A DNA stretch of 64,000 nucleotides, taken from assembly GCF_027921745.1 (NCBI RefSeq), contig NC_079240.1, forward strand, positions 558,001 through 622,000, read 5' to 3'. Under the pieces are notes generated by a model. The model saw nothing but the letters and a program-made list of their open reading frames with translations. It made no database searches and had not been told where the DNA came from. The translations under genes were made by a program, and so were the position numbers. The stretch's first letter is position 1. Each line of letters opens with the position of its first letter. Origin of the DNA: Schizosaccharomyces osmophilus (Eukaryota). Below are positions 22,551 through 35,678 of this stretch, piece after piece.

Positions 22551-23000
22551 ATGACTAGATTGAAAGAGTATTTTAAAAACGAACAATTGAAAAAGCCTCC
22601 CAAAGCGCACACTGGCTTACAGAAATTAAATTATTTGCCGGCGCCGAAGGCTAAGACTTTTCAAATATACAAAACGCTTTTAAATTCTGTGAGATGCCCA
22701 TGCGGAGTGAATACAATACAGGTATGTGTTTACTTCAGACATCATGGAAAGCTCGTTCCTGCATTTACAATTGAAGTTGACCCTTCATATCAAACCTGTC
22801 AAATAGGAGTGCTGGTCAAAGAAACAATTCAGAATTATTCAAACATCTTATTACCAAAAGACTTGAAAGACAAACCGATTGTAATCTCACCATTTTATCG
22901 AGAAAGCTTTGAGCTTCGCCCTAAAAACCAGCGGATTATTGAAAATCTTGACGGGCCTAATTACATTCTCGTGCAAGTCTCAAAGACTAATGAAAATTGA
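22551..23000 (+). CDS. Orphan 149-aa protein with a possible ubiquitin-like domain
   Basis: ATG-initiated 450-nt ORF in an AT-rich intergenic gap, FLEX upstream; IQVCVY...FTIEVDPS...VKETIQNYSNI resembles ubiquitin. Confidence 0.7.
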   Translation: MTRLKEYFKNEQLKKPPKAHTGLQKLNYLPAPKAKTFQIYKTLLNSVRCPCGVNTIQVCVYFRHHGKLVPAFTIEVDPSYQTCQIGVLVKETIQNYSNILLPKDLKDKPIVISPFYRESFELRPKNQRIIENLDGPNYILVQVSKTNEN

Positions 23001-23191
23001 TTCAATATACAGCTTATCTTAACAAATCATTGAAGTTGTCTTCATGGACATTTAATAAAAGTCATGAGCTACTAACTGATGGAGCACGTAACCTTTTAAT
23101 TCCTACAAACTGTTCGATATTCTTACTTCTAAAAGATATACTTAACATCTTACGTAATAATCCAAAAAGAGGAGTGCTCATTTACAAACAA

Positions 23192-25231
23192 TCACTTTCT
23201 GTCATTGCTAAATTTAGGATTTGTTATGGGTCCCTTCTCCTGTTTCACTTTGAACTCGGCCAGCAAGCAAATGTGATCACTAGGGAAGTGTGCATTCGGA
23301 AATCCGACTATGCTTGAAAGGTAATTACGATCCACTCCTTTCAACAAACCAGTTGCCTCAAGGTTAGCATTTGTATACCATATGTAATCAATCGTGCCGC
23401 TGAAACCAGGTGTAAAGTTCGTAAACGGGAGTTCTTGAGTTTCGCTATAAGCGGATTTCAAATTGAACGGATGAGATCTACCGTTAAACGTGTAATCACC
23501 ATAATCATTATTCATGAAATCCTCGTGATGCTGCTCAACCTTGCCTGATGACAAAAAGTCTAAAACGCCACTTCCAGGAATAGAATTAAAATCACCACAA
23601 ATTAATACTGGTATCTTTGTAAAATCTGAATAGGTTGGTCTTGAGTCCTTTAAATAATCAGCAGGAAGCTTAGAGGGCAGCGAACAAAACCGACTAGCAA
23701 CCTGAGCGAGTTCATCCATTAGCATAGCTACTTGCATAAGCTTCACGTCTCTAAACTGAGGATCCCAATGGATGTGACAATTAGCGACGATCAGTCGATG
23801 TCCGGTCTCCTTAGATTCTAACATAGTTATAACGCTAATGTTGTCTTTTGTCATAACGCGATTATACATGTTCGAAGTAAGCTTGATATTTTGCCTTCGA
23901 AGCGAGGGGGCTTGATTAAACTCAATAATGGATTTTTCATGCATAAAAAACTTTGAGGTTTTAAAGAAGGTAGCACAACCATCCACAACCCGACGCTCTA
24001 GTTCATTCATAGTACGTACACGACTTTTTGGGAAATGCACTCCTTTATACCCTTTAATGCTCATCTCAGGAGCAAAGAAAGTATCAAAGTTTTCAACATC
24101 TACTTCTTGAAGACATATAATATCAGCCTTATAGCCAGCGAGTTCTTGCATAATCAAATCCTTTCGATAAGACCAAGCAAGAGCCCACGAAGGAGTATAT
24201 CCATACAAAGTGGACGTAGCATAACGTTCACAAAGTATATTATAACTCATAGCAGTAAACTTAAAATTAGTATTTGATTCGTTTGGTTTTGGAACGCCAG
24301 GTCCTTCGGCATAAGAAGTAAGCATTAGCGACTTTTCATTAGCATCATCATTATCGGAGGTAAGCTTTTCCCATTCACGCTCAGGAGGGGGAGGGATGAC
24401 AGGACAACCGTCACGAAGAGCAGTAATCAAGCCAGTCGTTCCAGTTTCCATAAGCTGAGATTTGTACACATCTTGTAAAGGATTTCCTTCAACACCCAAA
24501 ATTTTAAGCTGATACAATGTACCTAATTCAGGAGGAATTACAGTAATCATGTTATCAAATAATAAAACTTCTCGAAGCTCAGTGAGTAACCCGAGTTCAG
24601 GTGGTATTGCTTTGATACTGTTTCCAGAAGCATCTAAAATAACCAAGTTTCGTAACTTTCCAATTTCGGACGGGAGGCGAGTCAGCTTGTTATGATTAAT
24701 GTAAAGTTCCGTCAAAAAGGAAAACTTAAATAAATCAGTGCTGACGTTGCGTAATCCAATGCCACCCAGATCCAAGCAAGTCCAATCCTGTCGCGGTTCG
24801 TTATGAGAGTCATCAGACTTGGTTGTGGTAGTCGTAACCATCATACTCGCTGTAGTCAGATTATTTCCAACGTTGTTGCTAGTAGTAGTTGATACCGTGG
24901 TAGAATTTAACCTTCCTGACAGAGCATTTGAAGCATTGGCACCAACTCCTCCATAAGCAGCACCACTGTTCCTGGCGCTGTAATTCATCGTGCCCATACC
25001 CGAAGTCCGAGCTAAAGCGGCGGCATTGTGCGCACGTTGATGAGGAGAACTGAAAGCTCTTGACTGAGTAGCGAGTGCGATTTGCTGTTTCCAATGTTCA
25101 GAAATTTGTCCATTTTCTATAGCTGGCGAATTGTGTACCGACAGAATGGCTGCATGTTGTTGATCAGGCGTAAGCAGCCCTGGATGCGTCCCTGAATAGA
25201 TTGTTCCTTGCGTATACCTAGGATTGAACAT
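23192..25231 (-). CDS. ccr4: CCR4-NOT deadenylase Ccr4
   Basis: LRR repeats plus EEP nuclease motifs SYNILC, CLQEV, GDFNS, IDYIWY, PSDH. Confidence 0.97.
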   Translation of the reverse strand: MFNPRYTQGTIYSGTHPGLLTPDQQHAAILSVHNSPAIENGQISEHWKQQIALATQSRAFSSPHQRAHNAAALARTSGMGTMNYSARNSGAAYGGVGANASNALSGRLNSTTVSTTTSNNVGNNLTTASMMVTTTTTKSDDSHNEPRQDWTCLDLGGIGLRNVSTDLFKFSFLTELYINHNKLTRLPSEIGKLRNLVILDASGNSIKAIPPELGLLTELREVLLFDNMITVIPPELGTLYQLKILGVEGNPLQDVYKSQLMETGTTGLITALRDGCPVIPPPPEREWEKLTSDNDDANEKSLMLTSYAEGPGVPKPNESNTNFKFTAMSYNILCERYATSTLYGYTPSWALAWSYRKDLIMQELAGYKADIICLQEVDVENFDTFFAPEMSIKGYKGVHFPKSRVRTMNELERRVVDGCATFFKTSKFFMHEKSIIEFNQAPSLRRQNIKLTSNMYNRVMTKDNISVITMLESKETGHRLIVANCHIHWDPQFRDVKLMQVAMLMDELAQVASRFCSLPSKLPADYLKDSRPTYSDFTKIPVLICGDFNSIPGSGVLDFLSSGKVEQHHEDFMNNDYGDYTFNGRSHPFNLKSAYSETQELPFTNFTPGFSGTIDYIWYTNANLEATGLLKGVDRNYLSSIVGFPNAHFPSDHICLLAEFKVKQEKGPITNPKFSNDRK

Positions 25232-25793
25232 AGAAGGTATCTCGCAAATTTTACTGTGTCGAGATGTTTAATGTATACAACATTCACTATTAGGCAAACG
25301 AAGTGAGGTTGTTGGTTGACGGCAAGTGTTTCGCCCGGTAGCAGGTCTGATAGCGCAAACCAACCTCACCACCATAAACAAGCAAAATAAAGGAAAATTT
25401 AGCTGAACCTTTAATCATTGATTGTATATAAGATATTACTTGTAAAAGTATTTAATAGATATGTATGGACAAGTTACATAGTAGATACACCTTTAAGTGA
25501 TTCTCTCTAAAGGTTCTCAGTTTAACAATCATAATCCGTTCTTCTGGTTGAAATAAGCAAAACCCAATTGTATGCAATATGAAGATGTTTTTTTTTTTTT
25601 TTTTAGTCTCATAATCATAATACAAAACTTGATAATATTAATACATACACAAAGGAGAAATTAAGAAAAGTCTGTTACGAAACGTCCCATTTTAACTAAT
25701 TTTGAAACCATTGAATGGACAGCTATATGGCTTATCTTTGACGTTAAAAAGGAAAAGGATGCTTTTTTTTTTGAAAATGACAAAGGACCTTAA

Positions 25794-28017
25794 TTAACTG
25801 GCGCTAATTGACATGCATAAATTTCTTCTAGTAAAAGAAACTTGGTAAATAGGAGTTTGTTTTGTGTTCAAGCGGACCATTTGATCAGGACTACAAAAAA
25901 TATTAATTTAAGAAAGTTTTTGAAATTAGACTTACCTTGTTGCCCAAGCGGCAGTCGACTCGAAAGCATCAGCATCGGTGTTGCTATAAGGTGTCACCAC
26001 ACTCCCCGCCAGCGAACCAGATACCGAGTCGGAATAGTTGGTTTTTAAAACATCCCAGGCTCGCACAGTATAATCGGCACCGCCACTCACAAGTACTGAC
26101 GACTCTTGAGAAAAAGAAAGTGAATAAATGCCACCTTGATGGCCCTTCATTGTCTTTATTCTTCGACCAGATCCAATATCCCAAAGGTGTATAAGTCCGT
26201 CATAATCTAATAAAAAAAACACGTTAGTATGAGTTATTAAAATTATTTCTTTCTCAAAAACAAGTTCATACCAGCACTAGCTACCGTATGACCATCTGGA
26301 GCAATGGCTACAGCAGTTACCGGCTTCGTATGGCCATTAAATACACGAACCGAATGTCCTCTGTGAACATCCCACAATCTGCAAGTTTTGTCATTAGAGC
26401 CAGTTAAAACATAAGCCGAGTTTGGATGAAAAGTGACACACTACTTTGGTTAGTATATAATCATGCATAGTTCAAACCTACATCAACATCGCTCAAGTGC
26501 CCAGCAAAAACCCGCAAAGGATAAATATGATCACAGCTCCACAATAAAGCAGTTTGATCGTGAGAAGCGGTTGCAAAATAATGTCCAAATGGACCGAAGG
26601 CTACATCCCACACAGGACCGCTGTGTCCTTTGTAAGCTACTAGCGCGGTTTTGGTGTCCACAGACCAAAGACGAGCACTTCGATCTTCTGAGCAAGATAA
26701 AAGGTATTTGTTATCGGGAGAGAATTTTGTACCATAAACAGGTCCTGAATGACTTAGAAGTCGAGTAGAATTACTTGCTGGTTCATTTGCTGTTCGAGAA
26801 GACGATTTTTTATCGGGTTTAAGAGACCAGAGGCGGATATAACTTTCTTGAAAGCCGGAAGCAATCATGGTTGTATCTGGGGAGAATTCTGCACAATTCA
26901 TAGCACTATTGGTATCATGGAAGGTGTACATACATACGCTGGGAAGCGATGCACGGGTCCCCAAGTGCAATCTTTTACTCCAATCCTTCACTGCTTCAAC
27001 TTCTGCCGTAATATCGGCACCTTTGTGAGGTGGCAAAGGTATGTAATCACGAGAAGGAGCATCTTCTGCATTTGCAGGGTGAGCTTTTCGAAACTCGCCT
27101 AGCAGATTAGACGGACTTTGCTTGGTGACAGGGTCCATATGCATCAAATCTTCTTCTTCCAAATCCATCTCCACAATTTTTTCCATTTCCTTATCCATGG
27201 GCATATGACTCAAGCGAACCGGCTGCAACTGCCCTTCTCCGCGATCCAAAAGCTGGCCGGTGATCCCCTCTTGTTCATTGAGGATACCATGACTTGTAGA
27301 CAAAGTAGGCCTTCCTGGAACAATATGAATGTCAACATGTCTATTAATTAGTTGGATAATAACCGTGCCTCCATTAGAGATGTTTTCGAAAAGAAAGTGA
27401 AGTAGCAAGTCAAAAGTAATTCGAGAAAAATTGAGTTGATATTTGTTTTTTCGGTATTGCTGGGCAACAGGGTCTTCGTTCACATGGCTAGGAAGACTCA
27501 GTGATTTTAAACACTTTACATCCCAACTATGCAAATCTTCATGATCTTTCATAAACATATCATAAAATTGTTTGGCTATTTTCCGTTAGTAAATTCGCAA
27601 AACCACTTTAGACTTGTGTTTTTGCTTTAATATCGTTCTGGCAACTCGATCTTTCCATGTAAAACATTTTGTAAAGACACGCAGAAAACAAACCGTTCAG
27701 CATTACTTACCTGTATCATAACGATCTAAGGACAATAAATCCAAAAAGGAGTGAACAAAAATAGGAAACAAAATCCTTCTTAACTCTGACTTATACAATT
27801 CCAGAGAACTATCCACCCAATCCCGTAAAAGTGTGTACGTATGAGCATACGCGTCTGGAGTCTCCCTTATATTTTTCAGTTTTTCCTCTACAGATATACC
27901 AGAATCAGAAGCCTCTAAACGAAGCATGGCTTCCGTTCTGGCATAGCCTTTTTTGGCCAAATAGTCCAACACAATGCGATTTAGATCCTGTGCTTGAGTT
28001 CCATTGCCGGCCGACAT
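25794..28017 (-). CDS. taf5: TFIID/SAGA subunit Taf5 (5 exons)
   Basis: Exons 28017-27711, 27575-26482, 26440-26272, 26206-25936, 25890-25794; LisH, NTD2 and WD40 repeats; [26 protein letters not shown] end. Confidence 0.95.
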
Positions 28018-28936
28018 ATTATATATGTATAAGCACTTTCAAACTTGACCTTATTTCCAATTGAACCGCTTTTCCTTCAAAAAACGCGTAAATTCATATG
28101 AAAGTGCTATAATGGCTTCCAGCAAGTAGGTTTTAACAAGTACTTTGGAGGGACGAATTAGCGAAATGTAAGAGAGTGCAGTATCCATGTTCGTTTGTTT
28201 ACATGTTTCCATAAAGAAGTAATGAGTCTAGCAAGCGTTAGTTTAAAAAGTTTTGACTTTCATTATCGTATATTGTTTGTTATTTTCCCTTAAAATGCTG
28301 TAGAAGAGGCCTTACTAGAGGCACTTGCTGTGTAGGGTGAATCAGTCTACGTCCAAAGGATTGTAGCGATCAATCATTTATTTGATCTTTTTCTATAAAT
28401 AAAAATTGAGCTAGAATGCAGGTAAAGGTCTTGTTGTATTGCAACTGGTGTGCTGTGAAGAACGCGTTCAAGAAAGGAAGGCTTCAATCACTGAACGGGA
28501 GGAAACGCAATTTTGTTAAACCTATTAATAAATTCGAATGAACAGGTATAGAGGGGAGGTACTTTCGATCTGAAGAGCATCGATTGCAAGGTTCAAATTA
28601 TTTTCATGATACGTCAATAAACAAACAGTTTCATCTCTTTTATAAAGGATATACAGTAAAAATATATTGAATCAAGCTTCATACGTTTCTTTTCGAACGT
28701 GGGTCCTTCTCATTCTACTATGCCTTTTGTTTACATGGCTTCGGTGGAGTTCTTCAGGTTATCTTATACCAGCACTTTTCTCCTTACATTCCTATTCTCA
28801 TAGGGATCATTTAAATATACCAAAGCTTTTGTTAATGGATTAATAATTAGCTATTATATTATTTTGGCATGCTGGTTATCTTGCTTTCGTTTACCATATT
28901 CAGGTATTTGTAATCTAACTGTCCCTGGCTTTGCAA

Positions 28937-31900
28937 ATGTCCACGAAGACTTCAAGTGCTTCAAAAACCACTTGGACGACTGACAAAGTTATCAAATCTC
29001 TTACATATCCTGAACATTGTTCTATTTCGCTTGTGGAACGTCTTCGCACTACTCTAAAAACGAACAATGTCAATCAACCTTCTCACGCGTGGACGTTTGA
29101 TTTACTCCTTACTGCTTTAAAATGTGCTCTTGAAAACATGTCCAAACGCTGGAAGGATTTGTCTAGCGAAGACAAATTACAGGTACGCCAGGCATTTTCT
29201 TCTCTTCATCGCTCTGCTTCTTCAAAAGCTCAGTTGGAAATTAAATTACTTTATGATTGCTGCTGCTATATTATGAATAGATTGGCCTCTAATCATGAAT
29301 CGGATGCACAGCTTTATAGTTGTGTTCGAGCTAGGTTGGCTATTATAAACAGGCTTTTGGACATAGAAATTCCAGATCCTGCTATGTTTCACCTTTACAT
29401 GGTCCATAATAATTTTTGCTCTTTGTTCCAATCGATTTCAGCCAACTCTATCCATACTTTACCGTATACCCCTTCAGGAACCTTTATGCCATCAGCCACA
29501 GAACTGCAAAATTGCCTACTTTCTCCTCTTCCAAGTCACTCACTTGCCCATGGTACTTGTTCACTCCTAGTGACCTTTCAACTAAATGTCTTGAGATGTC
29601 TTACCTTATTTCCAAATTGCTGTCTTTCTCTGTCTACAATTCAGAATCTAATGAAAGAGTCAGGTCCCTATGCTTCTTGCTTGAGATTATTCTCCTTAAA
29701 TGAAGAACTGGGGCTATCTAGAATCGAGATATTTGCAAGATTGCTCGCCAGATTTGCTCTTACTGAACATAATGCATTGCATTCCTTGTACTTACTTGCT
29801 TACTCTCTTCAGTCCTGGTTGCTTATAGGAAAGTCTTTCATGCTAAACAGTACTGGCGGCTTGCCGGAGTCAATAGAAATACGAATTGTCAACGTATTCC
29901 ACAAATTACTTAATGCTTGTGATCCTTCGACGGTTGATCTTGTTAATTTGAATGAAATTTATAAAGGGGTTTTGCATGGCCTTGATTTTCTAAGCCCAAA
30001 CAACAGAACGGAGTTGAATTTGAGAATATCTGATACGTATTACCAGTTCAATGATGCTGAATCTTGTTTTTTGCGACTGGTGGATGGCATTGAATCATCT
30101 CTCGGTGAAAGGATTGCTAAACTAAAATATTTACTGCTCATGTTTCGTCTTACTCTGAACAAGAAGTGTCCCAAAGTGCCCAGTGATATTCTCTCAGAAA
30201 TTAATATATCCGTTAAACTTTTAAACTCAGATTCTATTCGTCCAGATGATCTTATCTATTTCCTTGAAGTATTTGACAGTATATTTGCAAGCCCTTCGCA
30301 TTCTTCTGTGGATGATGATAAATCGAGTACCTTTTTGCTGATGGCGGCTTTAGCAAATGTCATTTTAGTTACTAATCCAGATTGGGCTTCAGGTTCTGAA
30401 GCAAGCAAGTTGTCGAAAAAGGTGGAACGTTTTCTTTCTCTTTCATTTTATCTGCTACGTTCTTTGAAGGAAACCGAAGTTCCCTTGGATACCTTTCGAT
30501 GCTTTGTACAAGTTGCAGTTAAATTTCAGGAGCCCGAGTTTTCTCAAAAATTATCAAATTTCTGTTATAACACTAGTGTAAAATCTCAGCATAGAGACAT
30601 ATGTAGTCGGTACATTGACTTAAGTGTTTCTATAACGTTGTGGCACAACCTATTAGATGATGAGGCATTCATCTTGAAGCTTGTGAAGTGGTTTCAATTG
30701 TGGGGCGAAAAAACAGTTCAAAATGCTGATTTGAAAAAGCTTTCTCATATGTTGGAGTTTCACTTTACCCAGCCTTCTTTTAAGGTTACTACTTCTCTTA
30801 GTAAACTGTTGAATTGGGTTATTAATTGTATACATTCGCACGATGAAAGCCATTCAAGAGCTTATATTTCATGTTTCGGTATAAGTGTTCTTAAAGCCTT
30901 AAGTAAAGAGATGTTTAATTCCAAAGAACATGGCCCGAGTATAACATTTATACGGATTCTTGAAGAAATATGGGATAGGGAAACCGATTTATTAGAAAAG
31001 GCAAACATTCTCTGTTCAATGTCTTGTACAGTGTTCAAAAATGTGAGTCTTACCCCATATTACTTATCTTCTATAAAAAGAAAGATTGATACTCTAAAAT
31101 GTTGCGCTTCAAAAAATCCAAAGTTTCATTTATATAAAATAATTCTCGAAATATGGGAGTTTCTACTAAAATATCAAGCTGACCGTTGCTACGAAGTTCC
31201 CTTGCAATCTTTGCTTTTTAGGTTGTCGGATTTCGTGCTTACTTCCCGTTTACCAACGGCTCCTGTAGGGTTAAACGATAGGGACATATATGCCTTTTTA
31301 GCTGCTTCTTTTAGCATATTACATGTTACTGAAATCTTGTACGACTATTGCTCGGAACTCCTATTGTTGGAGACCGTATATGAACTCTTAAAGAACTACT
31401 TATCCAATTCCGCTGCGAGATACATTGTCGTGATAGTTACTCTTCTTGCAAACAGATATGTAGCTTTGGGCTTTTCGGGTAAAGCGCACCTCTGCTTCTC
31501 TCGAGCTTATAACTTTTTGAAAAAACACAGCAGGAATGATGAGTGTTTCGAAAATTTTTGGAGGGTCTCTTTCGCTAAGTATTTAATTATTACTGGCAAC
31601 ACCGAAAAAGGGTAAGTCATCAATTGCTATATTTTTTCTAACTTAACAGAATCTCACAATTGAAGAACTACAATGCAACAAAAAAAGGACTGTTTTTCGG
31701 GCTACAAAATTTAATTATTTCAGATTATTTAATGATGTATGAAAGGTTTCAATTCTCTGAAGCAGTGTATCTATTAGGTTACTCTTCTCAGGCGTTACAC
31801 ATAATAACGCATAATCTGCGAACGATGAAATCCATTTTTTCTATCTCAATAGGAAAAATGCAGTCCAATGGTTATGAAGCGAACTTACGGTGGGAATTGG

Positions 31901-34476
31901 CTCGGATTGCTGTAATGTCTAATGACCTGACTGCTCGAATATATGAACATATGGGACAACTGAGGGAAGCTATGTATTTCACTAGACAAGCATGCTTTTT
32001 AGAAGAGAGTATTCTTCCCTCTTCCAGTGCTTACTGCTCTAAATTATCGTTATGCTCTTTACTAGCTAAAGCTGGGCAACTTGATGAAAGCGAGGTTATT
32101 GTTCAGGAAACGGAGGGTTTATTGCAAGCTTCTAGCTTCCATCAAAAATATCTTTGGAATCTGGCGAGTGCTGAGATATACTTTTTGAAAGGAGATTTAT
32201 GTGGTTCCATCAGACATTATTCACAGTGTCTTGATTTGTTAGAAATTTTGAAGCAAGAAATTTTTTCTTTTATTCAATTTTGTAAGAATAATCGTTCGAT
32301 AACGAAAGGAATAAAAAGGTTAAGCCTGTCTAATTCCGACAATCCAGCTGTAAAAGAAAAGATATTTGACTTGGATTGCTCGGTTTTAGATGATAAGACT
32401 GCCAAAGTGTTGCAAAGAATTGCGTTGATAGAAGTAACACGAGGAAATCTGAATGAAGCGAAATCTTTGATGAAGACATCGTCAGGAAAATTTATTGGTG
32501 ACTTTTCTAATGTTGTGTCTCTACAAATCGCAAAGGCAAAAATAGCGTTAAGTGAAGCTAACTTAACTCTGCAAGATAATCCAGTTTTGAGCACCCTTCA
32601 AGATTCTGTTATATCTTTGCCAGGTATAACAGAAAAGCAAACAATCGATGTTAATGCAAATTTAATTACTGCAGCATCGAAAATTCAAACATCGAAAAGA
32701 AAGCAAGGCCATCTTAATTATTTGAGAGACAAATTAAAAACTATCTTGCTGAATATCCGTTTAAACTGCGAAGTAATATTCTTTAATACTTTTGAACGAA
32801 GTTCAGTCCAAACATGCAGAGCCGTTAACAATTTGATGACTTTTTCATCAATTATGCAGAGTGCTTTAACAAGTTTAGAAGAAAAGAATACAATGAGTTC
32901 TATCACTGCATCATTTTTTATGGAAATCCCCCGTGCTTTAGGTTTCCAAAGGAAACTGATGAATTCAAAACCAGTATGGCAATCACATTCTTATGATGAG
33001 AATGAAATCGTCAGTATGGTTTCCGAAAGCAAATCAAGAGCTCCACGTCTTGAGGAATATGAAGGGTTTATAGACCAGCTACCCGCAACTTGGAATGTAA
33101 TTTCTATTAGCATCAGCGAATCAAACGAAGAGCTATTTATAACAAAATTAAGGCACAAGGCTACCCCTTTGATTATTCGACTACCTTTAAAACGCCATAA
33201 TTCCCGGGATGTGGACGAGGAGGTTTTGAGTTTTGAGGAGGCACAATTAGCATTTGAAAAAATAATAGGAAAAAGTAATGAGACAGCACAAAACGGCAAA
33301 GATTATACAACGAAACAAGAAAAAGAGTCATGGTGGAAACAACGAAGAGAATTAGATAATAGTTTAGCCAAGCTCCTGAGAAATATAGAGCTTTTTTGGC
33401 TTGGCGGATTTAAAGGTATATTCTCAAACCATATACTAGATGTGGGTCTATTCTTGAAGTTTGTTCACCAATTTTATGGTATTATGAGAAAGAATCTGAA
33501 TTTTACGGATCTGGAGAATTCTATTGAAATGTCATCTGGTATTTTGGAACTTTTCGTTACCCTCGGAATACCTGATCAAGATACTGTTGAACAATTGTTT
33601 GAAGACCTTATTTACTTTGTTCTCGACATCTATCAGTTTCATGGAGTACAATTTGCTTATGATGAGGTTGATATGGATCAAATGACCATCGAGATCAAGG
33701 ATGCATTAAGGTTTTATCATAATAATTACAATTCCGAAAACAGTGCTAGTCATACCGTACTTTTGTTGGATAGGATGGTTCATAAATTTCCATGGGAGTC
33801 TTTGCCATGCTTGCAACAACAGTCAGTATCAAGGTTACCATCCGTTTCCGTTTTAAGAAACATGCTAAATAAAAACTTTAATCAACAACCATTTGTCGAG
33901 GTACATTCTGATTCAGGCTCTTATGTACTTAATCCCAGTTTAGACCTAAAGCATACGCAGGATATGTTTGAAGCAGAGTTATCTGCAGCTGGTTGGAAGG
34001 GAGTTGTCGGGCGAAGTCCTTCGAACGAAGAGTTCAGGTCTATGTTGTCAGAGTATGACTTTTTCCTTTATTTTGGACACGGCGGTGGTGAACAGTACAC
34101 AACTTCCAAAGATTTGGCGGCACTTGATAAATGCGCGGTGAGTATTTTAATGGGTTGTAGCTCAGGAGCATTACACGAGTGTGGTATTTATGAACCCTGG
34201 GGGACTCCTTTGAATTATCTGAGTGCTGGTTGCCGAACTTTGGTAGCTAATTTATGGGATGTAACAGACAAAGACATTGATCGGTTTAGTAGTGCGTTGC
34301 TTTCCTACTGGGGTGCTCTTTCTAGTCAAGAAAATGGAGAAAGAATTAGTATATGTGAAGCAGTCACCAAAAGTCGTAAACACTGTCACCTTCAGTTCTT
34401 AAATGGTGCTGCCCCTGTTGTCTATGGATTACCTGCCTATGTCACTAAAAATACTATAGATGATGTTAATGCATGA
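28937..34476 (+). CDS. cut1: Separase (2 exons)
   Basis: Exons 28937-31611 and 31650-34476 joined in frame across a 38-nt GTAAGT..CAG intron; catalytic YFGHGGG and LMGCSSG; NLWDVTDKDIDRF. Confidence 0.96.
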
Positions 34477-34617
34477 ATCTTTAAAGATATTTTTCTTAAT
34501 TATCTATACAAATAAAATTGATTAAGGTTCTTGAGGTCATTATGAAAATGATACTACTTATGCAAGTGCTACAAAGAGAAGTTGGTACGGAGTACCAAAA
34601 AAATCGTCGCAAATGAT

Positions 34618-35678
34618 TTAAGCGGTAGACTTCATATCAGAAGCAATAGTAGCACTGGGAGCGGAAGTTGTAGGTGTAGGATTTCCAAAGCTTGCATGTT
34701 TGTGAATCCAATCACAGACTTGATTTAGATAGAGGGTCCTATCAGGTTCTTGCTCAATATTGACTAAAGAATTATTTATTAGATTTCTTCAATATATAAA
34801 ATGAAAAAAAGCATATTAGCACACTTACGTGAATGTTGGCAATCAGGAAGAGACAGAAAAGTTTTGTCCTTCGTACCAACATGCTCATAAAATTCCTGGG
34901 ACGCATCATAGAGGTTAATATTGTCGTCAGTGCCATGAGCAATGAGAAGAGGCAAATGAAATCGATTAGCTTCGTCGAGTGTTTGCTGAGCACTAAATGG
35001 AAATGTCAGCAAGAATACAGACGATTATATTGAGTATCCGTACCAATTGATAAGATCGCGCAACGTTTCAAGGGAACCAACTGATGAGGTAAGAGGATCA
35101 CTAAGAATTCGATCCATCATTCCCTGGTCTCTAGTTCCCTTTTTCGTCTCCATAATCTTAGTATTCCACGTGAAATTTGGCATAATTCTGCTAACTGCGG
35201 AAAGGCTAAATAATATCTAAGTACTTTGCTTTGCGAATAAATCAAACACTTACGATTTGTACACTAGATAGTTGGGTTTCGTATCAGGATGACTTTGCAA
35301 CATAGGGGCTTGAGCAACAACACCTTTTAAATTCTTGCGATGAGCACCTGAAATACCATATTGAAGTGACAAACCACCACCCATTGAATGACCCATCAAG
35401 AATAAAGGAAGATCGGTGTCGCTTGCACGTTGTACATGGTAATCAATGTCAGGAAGTTGTTTCTTCCAACCACCGGTACAACCCTGGAGTTTTGGAGATT
35501 GTTTCGAGCGGCCAAATCCTCTCTGATCAAAAGAAAACACTTCAATATTTCGTTGATTCAAAAATTCAAAGAATTCAGGATAAAGGTTTGTGTGTTCTCC
35601 AAAACCATGAATGAATAAAAGCCTTGCTACGGGAGCTCCCTTTGTGTTTGTATAATCCTTTACGTAGAGATCTGCCAT
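34618..35678 (-). CDS. mgl1: Monoglyceride lipase / alpha-beta hydrolase (4 exons)
   Basis: Exons 35678-35254, 35205-35044, 34992-34829, 34763-34618; HGFGEH, DQRGFG, GHSMGG nucleophile, HGTDD. Confidence 0.88.

Noticed and set aside
22997..23317. 106-aa ORF following the orphan
   Set aside because: TTG start, overlaps ccr4 antisense, no motifs
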